From NCBI GenBank assembly GCA_050260635.1, contig JBLNCL010000006.1, positions 68,808-132,807 on the forward strand: a stretch of DNA of 64,000 nucleotides. Reading direction: 5' to 3'. The stretch comes from Betaproteobacteria bacterium. Lineage in GTDB: Bacteria; Bacillota; UBA5301; DYFA01. This document shows positions 1 to 8,468 of the stretch, piece by piece. A model generated the notes under the pieces. That model was not told the DNA's origin and searched no databases. It saw only the letters and a list, made by a program, of their open reading frames with translations. Both the position numbers and the translations under genes were made by a program. How positions within the stretch are numbered: position 1 is the stretch's first letter; each line of letters opens with the position of its first letter.

Positions 1-264
1 TCGTCCCAGGGTGAGTTCCTCCCCCAGCGGAACCGTCTGACCAAGCTCCAGTCGGGGCCCGCCGTGGCCCAGGAAGACCCCGTCTACCGAGTTATCCTGC
101 ACCAGAAGGAGCCGGGCAGGCGCTTCCTGGCTGGGGCTTCCGGGACCCTCGCCACGGACCTCACGGGCCACACCCAAGGCGAGGCGCCCGGCCACCGCCC
201 AGACGTACCAGAGGAGCCCCCCCAAGACCAACATCCTGCCGGCCCATACGACAAGTTCGGACAC
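1..264 (-). CDS. Partial CDS (5' end only; continues beyond window start). Hypothetical membrane protein with an N-terminal TM helix.
   Basis: An open minus-strand frame starts GTG at about 264, directly after the stop of the FHA gene. It translates VSELVVWAGRMLVLGGLLWYVWAVAGRLALGV..., a hydrophobic helix. GC3 is about 80%, like neighbouring genes. There is no stop before position 1. Function unknown. Confidence 0.3.
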   Translation of the reverse strand, partial: MSELVVWAGRMLVLGGLLWYVWAVAGRLALGVAREVRGEGPGSPSQEAPARLLLVQDNSVDGVFLGHGGPRLELGQTVPLGEELTLGR

Positions 265-266
265 TC

Positions 267-1001
267 TCACCGCTCCCGGTAGGTGAGGATATTCAGGCCA
301 ACCTGCAACTCGTCCCCGTCTCTCAACTCGGCCTCCTCGACCAGCTCGCCGTTGCGCCGCGTGCCGTTCCGGCTACCGAGGTCGCGCAGCCGCGTCGCAC
401 CATTCTCCCAGATCAGGACGGCATGGTAGCGGGAAACGTTGCTGTCCCCCATGACCAGGTCGTTGTCGTCAGCCCGACCTAGCCGGTTCTCCCCCGGCCG
501 GAGCCCGAGGCTCCGGCCGGCGTCGGGACCATGGACCACCGAGACCTCAGGCGCCGCTCCTCGCGGCCGGCGAAACACCATGGTCGTCTCGCCCGGCGCC
601 CTCGCGCCGGCCTCCCCGTCGGAGGGCCGATCCTCGCCCACAACAAAGGACGCCTCGGCTTGAAACGTGCCGGTAGGAAGGTCGGCGTCTTCGTCCCACG
701 TTACGGTCAAGGGCCCAACCAACGCGTACCCCTGCCGGTGGGCCAGCCGGGTCAGATGCTGGCTGAGCTCCCCCGAGAGCTGAGCGGAGATGCTTGCGAG
801 GCGGGCACGGTCCGGAGGGGAAAGGCGAACCCGGAACGAGTTGGGAGCGTAGACGGCGCTGACGCTGATTTGTTTTTGCTCTTCCATGAGGCGAGCCAGC
901 TTCCGCCCGATCTCAACCGGCTGAACACCGCCGGAGCGCCGCCGGAAAAGGCCCTCGATCCCTTGTTCGAGCCAGCCTTCGAGACGGTCGAAGAGGCTCA
1001 T
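267..1001 (-). CDS. FhaA-like protein: N-terminal DUF3662 plus C-terminal FHA (forkhead-associated) domain
   Basis: 244 aa. The C-terminus (GRADDNDLVMGDSNVSRYHAVLIWENGATRLRDLGSRNGTRRNGELV) is a typical FHA fold. The N-terminus (MSLFDRLEGWLEQGIEGLFRR...VQPVEIGRKLARLMEEQKQISVSAVYAPNSFRVRLSPPD) resembles the FhaA N-domain. ATGA overlap with the rlmN stop. Confidence 0.8.
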   Translation of the reverse strand: MSLFDRLEGWLEQGIEGLFRRRSGGVQPVEIGRKLARLMEEQKQISVSAVYAPNSFRVRLSPPDRARLASISAQLSGELSQHLTRLAHRQGYALVGPLTVTWDEDADLPTGTFQAEASFVVGEDRPSDGEAGARAPGETTMVFRRPRGAAPEVSVVHGPDAGRSLGLRPGENRLGRADDNDLVMGDSNVSRYHAVLIWENGATRLRDLGSRNGTRRNGELVEEAELRDGDELQVGLNILTYRER

Positions 1002-2050
1002 CCTGGTCCACCAGCCTTCCCCACCCGCTGGCGCAACTGCCCGCAGGCCGCTTCGATCTCCGCCCCCATCTCGCGTCGGACCGTCACCGGAATTCCCGCT
1101 CTTGCCAGAATACCTCTGAATTGTTCGACCCGCTCGGGAGAACTCCTCTCAAAGCCGCTCTCCGGCACTTCGTTCATTGGAATGAGATTGACGTGGCAGA
1201 GCATCCCAGCCAGTAGCGCCGCCAACTCCTCCGCTTCCCTTGGCCCGTCGTTCGCTCCGGCGATAAGGGCATACTCGAAGGTTACCCGTCGCCCGGTCTG
1301 GCCTGCGTAGGCGGCGCAAGCGGGGATGAGCCGGTCCAGAGGATAATTCCGGTTCACCGGCATCAGCCGGGAGCGAAGTCGGTCGTTCGGGGCGTGGAGC
1401 GAAACCGCCAGGGTAATCGGAAGGCCTTCCCCGGCCAGCCGCTCGATCCCGGGAACCAGCCCGCAGGTCGACACGGTCATGTTCCGGTAACTCATCCCGA
1501 ACGCCTCCGGAGCGTGGAGCAGGCGGAGGAAGCGCATCAACGCCTCATAGTTGGCTAACGGCTCACCCATCCCCATCACCACGGCATGGCTGACCCGACC
1601 GCCTGCCCCCGCCGCAGCCTGGGCCTCTAGAACTTCCCCCAGCATCTCCCCGGCAGAGAGGTTCCGCACTAACCCGCCCCGGGTCGAGGCGCAGAACCCG
1701 CAACCCATCGCACAGCCCACCTGGCTCGAAACGCAGACGCTCACGCCATAGCAGTGGTGGAGGAGCACCGTCTCCACCGTCTCTCCGTCAGCCAAACGCA
1801 GCAGCAACTTGGCCGTGGCACCGTCCTCCGTGCGCTGAACCGTCGCCACCTCTGGCCGGCCGACCGCCGCCTCTTGGGCGAGCGTGGCGCGCAGTTCCGC
1901 CGGGAGGTCTGTCATCTCGGCAAAGGTTCGGGCCCCCTTCCGGTAGACCCACCGCATCACCTGACCCGCCCGGTAGGCTGGCTGACCCAGGGCAGCAAGC
2001 CGCTCGGCCAGCTCCTCCCGAAAGAGTCCCAAGACGGTCCAGGCGGTCAT
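998..2050 (-). CDS. rlmN: 23S rRNA (A2503-C2)/tRNA methyltransferase RlmN, radical SAM
   Basis: 350 aa. Radical-SAM CxxxCxxC motif (GCAMGCGFCAS). Conserved position after rsmB in Firmicutes. ATGA overlap with the upstream trxB stop. Confidence 0.9.
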   Translation of the reverse strand: MTAWTVLGLFREELAERLAALGQPAYRAGQVMRWVYRKGARTFAEMTDLPAELRATLAQEAAVGRPEVATVQRTEDGATAKLLLRLADGETVETVLLHHCYGVSVCVSSQVGCAMGCGFCASTRGGLVRNLSAGEMLGEVLEAQAAAGAGGRVSHAVVMGMGEPLANYEALMRFLRLLHAPEAFGMSYRNMTVSTCGLVPGIERLAGEGLPITLAVSLHAPNDRLRSRLMPVNRNYPLDRLIPACAAYAGQTGRRVTFEYALIAGANDGPREAEELAALLAGMLCHVNLIPMNEVPESGFERSSPERVEQFRGILARAGIPVTVRREMGAEIEAACGQLRQRVGKAGGPG

Positions 2051-2985
2051 TCCACTCCCCTCCAGGCATAGCCGGGGACCGTGAGATAGTCCACTGCCTC
2101 GACCGCGGCCATGGCCCCGTCCGCCACGGCAGTCACGATCTGGCGCAGCCCCTTCTGCCGCACATCCCCGGCGGCCAGAGCCCCCGGCAAGGGGAGCCGC
2201 AGCCGGGCGTCTGTGATCAGGTACCTTCGTTCGTCCAGGGGGAAGGTCTCCCCCAGCCAGCCCGTGTTCGGCTCGTATCCGACGTAAACGAAGACGCCAT
2301 CCGTCTCCTCCCGTTCCTCCCGCCCGTCACGATAGCGCAGGCGGACGGCCTCGACTCGCTTCTCACCTTCGATCTCCACCACCTGGGCCTCCCATTTAAC
2401 CCGCACCCTGGGGTGGCGAAGGATCTCTTCCTGGAGGACTCTGGTAGCCCGCAGTTCGTTCCGCCGGTGAACCAAGGTGACGCTCGCCGCGAAGCGCGCC
2501 AGGAAGAGAGCTTCGACCACTGCACTGTCGCCACCGCCCACCACATGAACGCGCCGATTGCGGAACAAGGCCCCGTCACAGGTGGCGCAGTAGGAGACCC
2601 CCTTGCCCGTCAGGCGGTTCTCTCCCGGGATCCCCAAGCGCTTGGAGCGGGCCCCCGTGGCGATGATCACCGCTCGCCCCCGCAAGAGCTCGCCGTCAGT
2701 CTCCAGCACCCACCGGGTGCCTTCCGGCCGCAACGCCCGAGCCTCCGCCGTCAGGAATTCCACCTCCAGCCGCTTGGCCTGGTCAGCCATGCGCTCAGTC
2801 AATTCCGGGCCGCTGATCCCCTCGGGAAAGCCGGGGTAGTTTTCGATCCGGTAGGTCGTCGCCGCCTGTCCCCCGGGAAAACCCTTCTCCACCAGGATCG
2901 TGCCCAGGCGCGCCCGCGCGGCGTACAGGCCGGCCGCCAGCCCAGCCGGTCCCCCTCCGACCACCAAGACGTCTGCTTCTCTCAC
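2047..2985 (-). CDS. trxB: Thioredoxin-disulfide reductase (TrxB)
   Basis: FAD motif VLVVGGGPAGLAAG, redox-active CATCDG, NADPH motif VHVVGGGDSAV. The listed ORF (2047..3210) has a 74-aa N-terminal extension that runs across the tRNA-Pro gene. I trimmed the start to GTG at 2985, preceded by the GAAGGGG SD. Confidence 0.85.
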   Translation of the reverse strand: MREADVLVVGGGPAGLAAGLYAARARLGTILVEKGFPGGQAATTYRIENYPGFPEGISGPELTERMADQAKRLEVEFLTAEARALRPEGTRWVLETDGELLRGRAVIIATGARSKRLGIPGENRLTGKGVSYCATCDGALFRNRRVHVVGGGDSAVVEALFLARFAASVTLVHRRNELRATRVLQEEILRHPRVRVKWEAQVVEIEGEKRVEAVRLRYRDGREEREETDGVFVYVGYEPNTGWLGETFPLDERRYLITDARLRLPLPGALAAGDVRQKGLRQIVTAVADGAMAAVEAVDYLTVPGYAWRGVE

Positions 2986-3048
2986 TCCGGATACCCCTTC
3001 CCGTGGTTGACAGCCTGGCTTCGAATGAGGTAGAATACAGGTGTTTCG

Positions 3049-3125
<77 letters not shown>

Positions 3126-3162
3126 TCCTCCAAAAACCATTCACGTTTACGTTATAGAATAT

Positions 3163-3191
3163 AGACCGGGCCGGGGTCAACTCCCGGCCCG
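3163..3191. terminator. GC-rich 11-bp hairpin between tRNA-Pro (+) and spo0A (-); a likely bidirectional terminator
   Basis: ACCGGGCCGGGG-TCAACT-CCCGGCCCGGT. A T-rich stretch follows on the plus side (TCCCTTCTCC). An A/T-rich stretch follows on the minus side. Confidence 0.5.
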
Positions 3192-3214
3192 GTTCCCTTC
3201 TCCACCGCAAAGGC

Positions 3215-4021
3215 TCAGCTCGCCCGGAGCTTGACCCGGAGCTGATCGGCGATTTTGGCGATCAGGAGTGAATTGGAGGGGAACTTCCCCTTGGTCGAAA
3301 TCGCCGACTTGCCAACGATGCTCGAAATGTACGGCCGGTTCCCGTGCTCCCAGGCGGTGAGGATGGCGTTCCGGATGGCCGCCTCCACGCCGCCGGTGGT
3401 AGTTCCGTATTTCTGGGCGATGCGCGGGTAGAGACTCTTGGTCAGGTTGCCGCCAAGCGTCGAGTCCTCCTCGAGAACCATGATCACGGCATCGCGGATG
3501 TAGTTGTACCCCTTAAAGTGAGCCGGAATCCCCATGAGGTGAATTATCTCGGTTACCATGGTCATCAGGTCCCGCTTGCCCGCCGAAGGGAGAGGCGGCT
3601 GGTGGAAATCTCCCGCTATCAGCGACCCCTCCTTGATGAGCGGAGCGGAGTCCTCAGCGAACTGCCTTATCCGGGTCACCAGCACCTCCATGTCGAACGG
3701 CTTGACCAGGTAGTAGTCGGCCCCGAGCTGGGTCAGCTTGAGGATCAGGTCCTCCCGTCCAAAGGCGGTCAAGATGATAATCTTGGGCCGCTTGGTCAGG
3801 TTCAGTGAGGGCAGGCGTTCCAACACCGCCAGTCCATCCAGCACCGGCATCGTGATGTCCAGAATCACCACGTCCGGATTCTGCTCCTGGATCAGGCGGA
3901 GCGCTTGCTCCCCATCGTAGGCCGTCCCCACAACCTCGATGTCCTCCAGCTTCTCGAAGAAACGGTTGAGGATCGTGCACAGCTCGACATTGTTGTCCGC
4001 GATGAGGACTCTGATCACCAA
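3215..4021 (-). CDS. spo0A: Sporulation master regulator Spo0A (response regulator)
   Basis: 268 aa, collinear with B. subtilis Spo0A. Receiver domain (VLIADNN...DVVILDITMPVLDGLAVLERL). C-terminal Spo0A-specific DNA-binding domain (IIHLMGIPAHFKGYNYIRDAV...AIRNAILTAWEHGN...IAKIADQLRVKL). TTG/GTG start, with a GGAGGAGGG SD. Confidence 0.92.
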   Translation of the reverse strand: MVIRVLIADNNVELCTILNRFFEKLEDIEVVGTAYDGEQALRLIQEQNPDVVILDITMPVLDGLAVLERLPSLNLTKRPKIIILTAFGREDLILKLTQLGADYYLVKPFDMEVLVTRIRQFAEDSAPLIKEGSLIAGDFHQPPLPSAGKRDLMTMVTEIIHLMGIPAHFKGYNYIRDAVIMVLEEDSTLGGNLTKSLYPRIAQKYGTTTGGVEAAIRNAILTAWEHGNRPYISSIVGKSAISTKGKFPSNSLLIAKIADQLRVKLRAS

Positions 4022-4071
4022 TGAACCCTCCTCCCCCGATCACCCTGACGTAAGGAAATGCTCTGGGGTAA

Positions 4072-4103
4072 GGGACTTCGGTACAGACCGAGAAATTCCT
4101 CTT
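4072..4103 (-). promoter_or_regulatory. Putative sigma-H-type promoter upstream of spo0A
   Basis: On the minus strand: AGAGGAATTT (-35 RNAGGAWWW-like), 12 nt, then CCGAAGT (-10 RNNGAATWW-like, one mismatch). About 45 nt upstream of the spo0A start. By-eye match only. Confidence 0.3.
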
Positions 4104-4139
4104 TGGCGGGAAAAGTTTCCCAGGAGTCTTTTCGCTCCT

Positions 4140-5516
4140 CTAGCTCAAGCGGTCGAGGCAGGCGGCAAAAAAGCCATCGGTCCGGTGTCGGTGAGGCCAC
4201 AGGCGCAGATAGGGACCGTTGAAGGCGGAGAGAACCCGGGCGGCTGGAACGCCCCGCTCGGCTAACACCTGCTGGGCAGGCCGGATCAGAAACTCACCCT
4301 CTCTCTCCCGGAGGAAGTCCTCCACTACCTCCTCTCCCTCTTCCGGCTCGGTGGAACAGGTGGAGTAAACCAGCCGCCCCCCTGGCCGGACCGTCGCCGC
4401 TACCGCCCGGATCAGCCGGCGCTGCTGGGCGGCCAGCACTTCCACGTCGCCGGGCTTTTTCCGCCAGCGGGCATCGGGCCGCCGCCGGAGAACGCCCAGC
4501 CCGCTGCAAGGCGCGTCCAGCAGGGCCCGGTCGAAGGATTGCCAAAACTCCCGCACCTCGTTCAGTCCCAGGGCATCGCGCACCTCGGGACGGACGATCG
4601 AGAGCCCCAGCCGGGCCGCGTTTTGGCGGATCAGGTCCAGTTTCCTGGGGTGAATGTCGAGCGCCCTTACCTCGCCTTGGTCGTCCATCAGTTCCGCCAG
4701 GTGGGTCGCCTTCCCGCCGGGTGCGCTGGCGGCGTCCAACACCCGCTCTCCCGGTACCGGCGCCACTAGATGGGCAATCAGCATTGACGCCTCATCCTGG
4801 ACCTGCGCCAGTCCTTCTGCAATCTCGGACAATTCCTCCACTATTCCGCTCCGGGACCGCAAGATTACCCCTTCCAGCGCCCACTGCGAGCCCTCGGCCC
4901 TCAACCCCCGCTCGGCCAGGCCGGCGAGCAACCCCTCCTTGGTGACCCGCCGCCGGTTGACTCGCAGCGCCACCGGAGGGGGTTCATTGTTCGCCGCGAG
5001 AAGCTCCGCCGTCTCGGTAAAACCCAATCGGGATAGCCACCGCTCGACCAACCACTCGGGGTGGGATTCCCGGACTGCCAGATACCTGACCGGCTCCGTC
5101 TCCGGATCGGGCCAGCTCAGCTGGTCCCGGCCCCGCAAGAAGCTGCGCAGCACCGCGTTGACGTAACCGGCGATCCCCCGGTGACCCCGCCTCTTCGCCA
5201 GCTCGACCGCTTCATGACAGGCCGCCTCAGCCGGAACCCGGGTGAGATAGAGCAGTTGATACAGGGAGAGGCGCAACAGATTGCGTACCCAGGGAGAAAG
5301 ACTCCCCACCGGCCGCGTGGAGCACTGGCCGAGCACCCAATCCAAGGTCAGCCGGCGGCGGACCACCCCATACACCAGCTCGGTGGCGAATCCTCGGTCA
5401 ACTGGCGAGAGGCCGGCCCGGTCCAGCGCCGCCCCAAGAGAAAGGTTGGCGTAGGCCTCCCGCTTCTCGATGGCGCAGAGGACCTCCAGGGCGAGCTCCC
5501 GGCTTCCCCCACGCAT
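4140..5516 (-). CDS. rsmB: 16S rRNA (cytosine967-C5)-methyltransferase RsmB/Sun
   Basis: 458 aa. N-terminal NusB-like domain. SAM-MTase motifs (DAPCSGLGVLRRRPD..., LVYSTCS). Conserved position after fmt. Confidence 0.9.
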   Translation of the reverse strand: MRGGSRELALEVLCAIEKREAYANLSLGAALDRAGLSPVDRGFATELVYGVVRRRLTLDWVLGQCSTRPVGSLSPWVRNLLRLSLYQLLYLTRVPAEAACHEAVELAKRRGHRGIAGYVNAVLRSFLRGRDQLSWPDPETEPVRYLAVRESHPEWLVERWLSRLGFTETAELLAANNEPPPVALRVNRRRVTKEGLLAGLAERGLRAEGSQWALEGVILRSRSGIVEELSEIAEGLAQVQDEASMLIAHLVAPVPGERVLDAASAPGGKATHLAELMDDQGEVRALDIHPRKLDLIRQNAARLGLSIVRPEVRDALGLNEVREFWQSFDRALLDAPCSGLGVLRRRPDARWRKKPGDVEVLAAQQRRLIRAVAATVRPGGRLVYSTCSTEPEEGEEVVEDFLREREGEFLIRPAQQVLAERGVPAARVLSAFNGPYLRLWPHRHRTDGFFAACLDRLS

Positions 5517-5525
5517 CCTGGCCCC

Positions 5526-6233
5526 TTACTCGTCGCGGCTCTGCTGCCGGATCAGCAGGAACTGGACCAACTGCAGGACAGCCACCAGGGCTGCTGCGAC
5601 GTACGTCCAGGCGGCGGCGGAGAGCACCTTCCACGCCCCGTCCGTCTCCTCCGGCAAGAGGTACCCGCCTTCCTCCAAGACGGTCACGGCCCGGCGGGAA
5701 GCGTTAAGTTCCACGGGCAGCGTGATTAGCTGGAAGAGAAGGGCCCCAGTGAAGAGGAGGATCCCCAGATTGATCAACCAGAGCCCGCCTTGGCCCAGGA
5801 AAAACCCGAGGATGACCAGAGGAAAGGCCACATTCGTGCCCAGGTTGGCTACGGGAACGAGACTGTTCCGGATGCCCAGGGGAGCGTAACTGGTGGCATG
5901 CTGGAGGGCGTGTCCCGCCTCATGGGCTGCCACTCCGAGCGCCGCCAGGCTGTCTTCCCGGTAAACCGGCGCTGAGAGACGGACCACCCGATGCCGGGGA
6001 TCATAGTGGTCGGTCAGGTTACCCGGAATCGGCTCCACCGCCACGTCGTGGAGGCCGGCCTGGTCGAGCACGGCCCTGGCCACCTGGGCGCCCGTCAGGC
6101 CGCGGCGGCTCCGGACCCGGGAGTACCGGGCGAAGGTGTTGCTCACCTTGGCCTGTGCCCAGAAGGCGAGGATGAGCCCCGGAATCAGGACATACCAGTA
6201 TGGGTTATAGCCGAAGAGAAACATCGCATCCAC
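5526..6233 (-). CDS. Membrane zinc metallopeptidase (YugP/peptidase_M-like)
   Basis: 235 aa. N-terminus FLFGYNPYWYVLIPGLILAF. HEAGHALQH zinc motif. Multiple TM segments. Confidence 0.75.
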   Translation of the reverse strand: MDAMFLFGYNPYWYVLIPGLILAFWAQAKVSNTFARYSRVRSRRGLTGAQVARAVLDQAGLHDVAVEPIPGNLTDHYDPRHRVVRLSAPVYREDSLAALGVAAHEAGHALQHATSYAPLGIRNSLVPVANLGTNVAFPLVILGFFLGQGGLWLINLGILLFTGALLFQLITLPVELNASRRAVTVLEEGGYLLPEETDGAWKVLSAAAWTYVAAALVAVLQLVQFLLIRQQSRDE

Positions 6234-6996
6234 CTCCAGAAATGCTTGGCTGGTCCGCCCGGAGGAACCGGTCGAGAGCCGCCTCCAGCCGTGCCAGGTT
6301 TAGCTGCGTGTTGACGCAGTACCCGTGGGGCCGGTCGTTCACAATGCCGTATACCGGCAACGGGAAGGTTTCCAACAGTCCGCTGGTCAAGTCGCGCTCA
6401 CAGGCCACGGCGATCACCGCCGCCGGACGGAGATCGTGGATGATCTTGCGGGCCATTCCCCCGCCGGTCGCCACCGCCAGGCGGACCCCGCGGTTTTCCG
6501 CCAGCCTCACCACCTCACCGATTTGACATCCCCCGCACCGCCGGCAGTTTCGGGCATCAACCGTGATCCGGTGGGGACAACCCGCCTGCTGCAGACAGTG
6601 GGGAACCAGAACCAGGACCTGCTCCGGACGAAGGACAGACGGCACTGCCAGGTCAGCCAGGGCGTTATTGACCGCCACGAAGGACAGCTGCACCCGCTCC
6701 TTCGGCACGCCCACCAGCGGGCCGAGGCGGAGCGTCACCGGGTACATGAGCTCCAGCATCAGCCGGACGAAGGGGGCCAGAAACACCGTCCGCCCACCCC
6801 AGACGCTGGCGGCGACAGCGATAACCCCCGCGGCGACCACCACCACGACCATGAACCCCAGCCAAGCCCCAGCGATGACAAGGACCTGCCCCCAGGTCCC
6901 GCGGCGTGCCAGCGACCAGATCGCCGCCGCCACAGCGCCGCCGACCAGGGCAACAGCAGTTACCAGCCCCAGGAACACCCTCTTGCGTACCGGCAT
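6205..6996 (-). CDS. DUF116-family membrane protein (Cys-rich CRRCGGC motif)
   Basis: 263 aa. N-terminal TM helices, then CRRCGGCQIGEV...LAVATGGGMARKII. This family commonly sits between fmt and rsmB in Clostridia-type genomes. Confidence 0.6.
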   Translation of the reverse strand: MPVRKRVFLGLVTAVALVGGAVAAAIWSLARRGTWGQVLVIAGAWLGFMVVVVVAAGVIAVAASVWGGRTVFLAPFVRLMLELMYPVTLRLGPLVGVPKERVQLSFVAVNNALADLAVPSVLRPEQVLVLVPHCLQQAGCPHRITVDARNCRRCGGCQIGEVVRLAENRGVRLAVATGGGMARKIIHDLRPAAVIAVACERDLTSGLLETFPLPVYGIVNDRPHGYCVNTQLNLARLEAALDRFLRADQPSISGGGCDVSLRL

Positions 6997-7006
6997 CCGG
7001 CTGCCC

Positions 7007-7984
7007 CTACCCCTCGAAACGTTCCTCCGGACCCAGACGTTCCCCTGGCTTCAGGCGTTGGCCTCGGGCAAACTCCTCCGCCGTCAGAACCCTGCCGCCC
7101 TCCGCCTGGACCTCCCGAAGCTCCAGAAGCCCCTCGCCGGTCGCCACATAGACTGCGGCGTTCCGCCCGACGCTGAGCGTTCCCGGCGCCCCGCCGCCGG
7201 CCTCTCCCGGCTTGAGCCTTCCCTCGTCTGGCCCCACCAAGCGGCTCCGCCAGATTTTGAGCCGCCGGCCACGCCACAAGGTGTATGCCCCGGGAGAAGG
7301 GGCCAGACCCCGTATCCGATTGTGTAACTCACGGGCCGGTCGCTTCCAGTCGAGTTCCGCTTCCTCTGGCCTAAGCCGCGGGGCCAGCGTGGCCTCGGCC
7401 TCGTCCTGCGCCACCCGCGGCGCCGCCCCCCGGGCCACAAGGGCCATCGTCTCCACCAGTACCTCTGCCCCTACCACCGCCAGCCGGGATTGCAGCTCAC
7501 CGGCATTCTCCTCGGGATCGATCGGCACCTGGCGGCGCAGGATCATGTCCCCTGTATCCCATCCGCTATCCAGGTAGATAGTGGTCACCCCAGTCACCGT
7601 ATCCCCGGCCATAATCGCCCGGGCCACCGGGGCCGCCCCCCGCCAGCGGGGGAGCAGCGAGGCGTGAACGTTGACCCACCCCCGGGGCGGAACCGACAGA
7701 AGCTCCGGGGTGATCTTCTGCCCGAAGGCCACGACGATACAGGCCTCTGGCTCAATCCGCCGAAGCTGCGCCAGAAACTCCGCCGTGGCGACCGACTCGG
7801 GCTGGCAGAGGGGCAACCCCAACGCCTGAGCCGCCTCTTTCACCGGCGATGCGGCTGACCGCCAGCCGCGCCCGGCCGGGCGGTCCGGTTGGGTAACCAC
7901 CAGGGCCAGCTCGTGCCCCTCCTGCGCCAACGCCATGAGGCTCGGGACGGCAAAGTCGGGGGTTCCGAAAAAGGCCAGCCTCAC
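7007..7984 (-). CDS. fmt: Methionyl-tRNA formyltransferase
   Basis: 325 aa. Begins MRLAFFGTPDFAVPSL. Formyl-transferase N and C domains. ATGA overlap with def. Confidence 0.92.
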   Translation of the reverse strand: MRLAFFGTPDFAVPSLMALAQEGHELALVVTQPDRPAGRGWRSAASPVKEAAQALGLPLCQPESVATAEFLAQLRRIEPEACIVVAFGQKITPELLSVPPRGWVNVHASLLPRWRGAAPVARAIMAGDTVTGVTTIYLDSGWDTGDMILRRQVPIDPEENAGELQSRLAVVGAEVLVETMALVARGAAPRVAQDEAEATLAPRLRPEEAELDWKRPARELHNRIRGLAPSPGAYTLWRGRRLKIWRSRLVGPDEGRLKPGEAGGGAPGTLSVGRNAAVYVATGEGLLELREVQAEGGRVLTAEEFARGQRLKPGERLGPEERFEG

Positions 7985-8454
7985 TCCCGCTCTCCCGCCC
8001 CCTTCTTGTCCCAGACTTCCTCAGCGCGGTCGATGAAAAGGATTCCGTCCAGGTGGTCGATTTCATGCTGCAGGGCGCGGGCAAGCAGCCCGGTCCCGGC
8101 AACCTCGATCGGTTTTCCCCGGCTGTTCCACCCCCGGACGGTCACCTCCCCCGCCCGGGTGACGTACCCGACCCGGTCAGGAATGCTCAGGCACCCCTCC
8201 ACGTCGGTCTGACGGCCTGAGGCCGCCACAACTTCCGGGTTGACCAATGCCAGGGGACCTTCGCCGACATCTACCACAATCACCCGGACCGATTCCCCCA
8301 CCTGCGGAGCCGCCAAGCCGACCCCATCCGCCCGGTGCATCGTCTCCACCATGTCGGCAATCAGCTTTTGAATGCGCTTGGTGACCCGCGCCACCGGCTC
8401 CGCCCGTCGGCGAAGAATCTCCGCACCTTCTTCCAGGATTGGCAGAACGGCCAC
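7981..8454 (-). CDS. def: Peptide deformylase
   Basis: Motifs GVGLAAPQVG, EGCLS, QHEIDHLDG. The listed ORF (to 8523) overlaps the priA 3' end. A GTG at 8454 (IVAVLPI...) with a GGGGG SD gives a canonical Def N-terminus. Confidence 0.88.
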   Translation of the reverse strand: MAVLPILEEGAEILRRRAEPVARVTKRIQKLIADMVETMHRADGVGLAAPQVGESVRVIVVDVGEGPLALVNPEVVAASGRQTDVEGCLSIPDRVGYVTRAGEVTVRGWNSRGKPIEVAGTGLLARALQHEIDHLDGILFIDRAEEVWDKKGAGERE

Positions 8455-8468
8455 TATTCGACCCCCCG

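Noticed and set aside
64-282. 72-aa plus-strand ORF at the window start, and small plus-strand ORFs 439..663 and 531..1310 inside the FHA gene region
   Set aside because: They are antisense to, or overlap, better-supported minus-strand genes. Their composition is atypical and they have no motifs.
3126-3214. Possible integrated mobile element next to tRNA-Pro, because of the AT-richer patch TTCACGTTTACGTTATAGAATATAG after the tRNA
   Set aside because: No integrase, excisionase, phage or transposase gene and no direct repeat of the tRNA 3' end are visible. The neighbours are spo0A and trxB. This is more likely just a terminator/promoter spacer.
4022-4139. Spo0A 0A-boxes (TGTCGAA) upstream of spo0A
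   Set aside because: Only imperfect matches (TGTACCGAA/TTCGGTA) were seen. This is not enough to call them. The sigma-H-like promoter call is itself low confidence.
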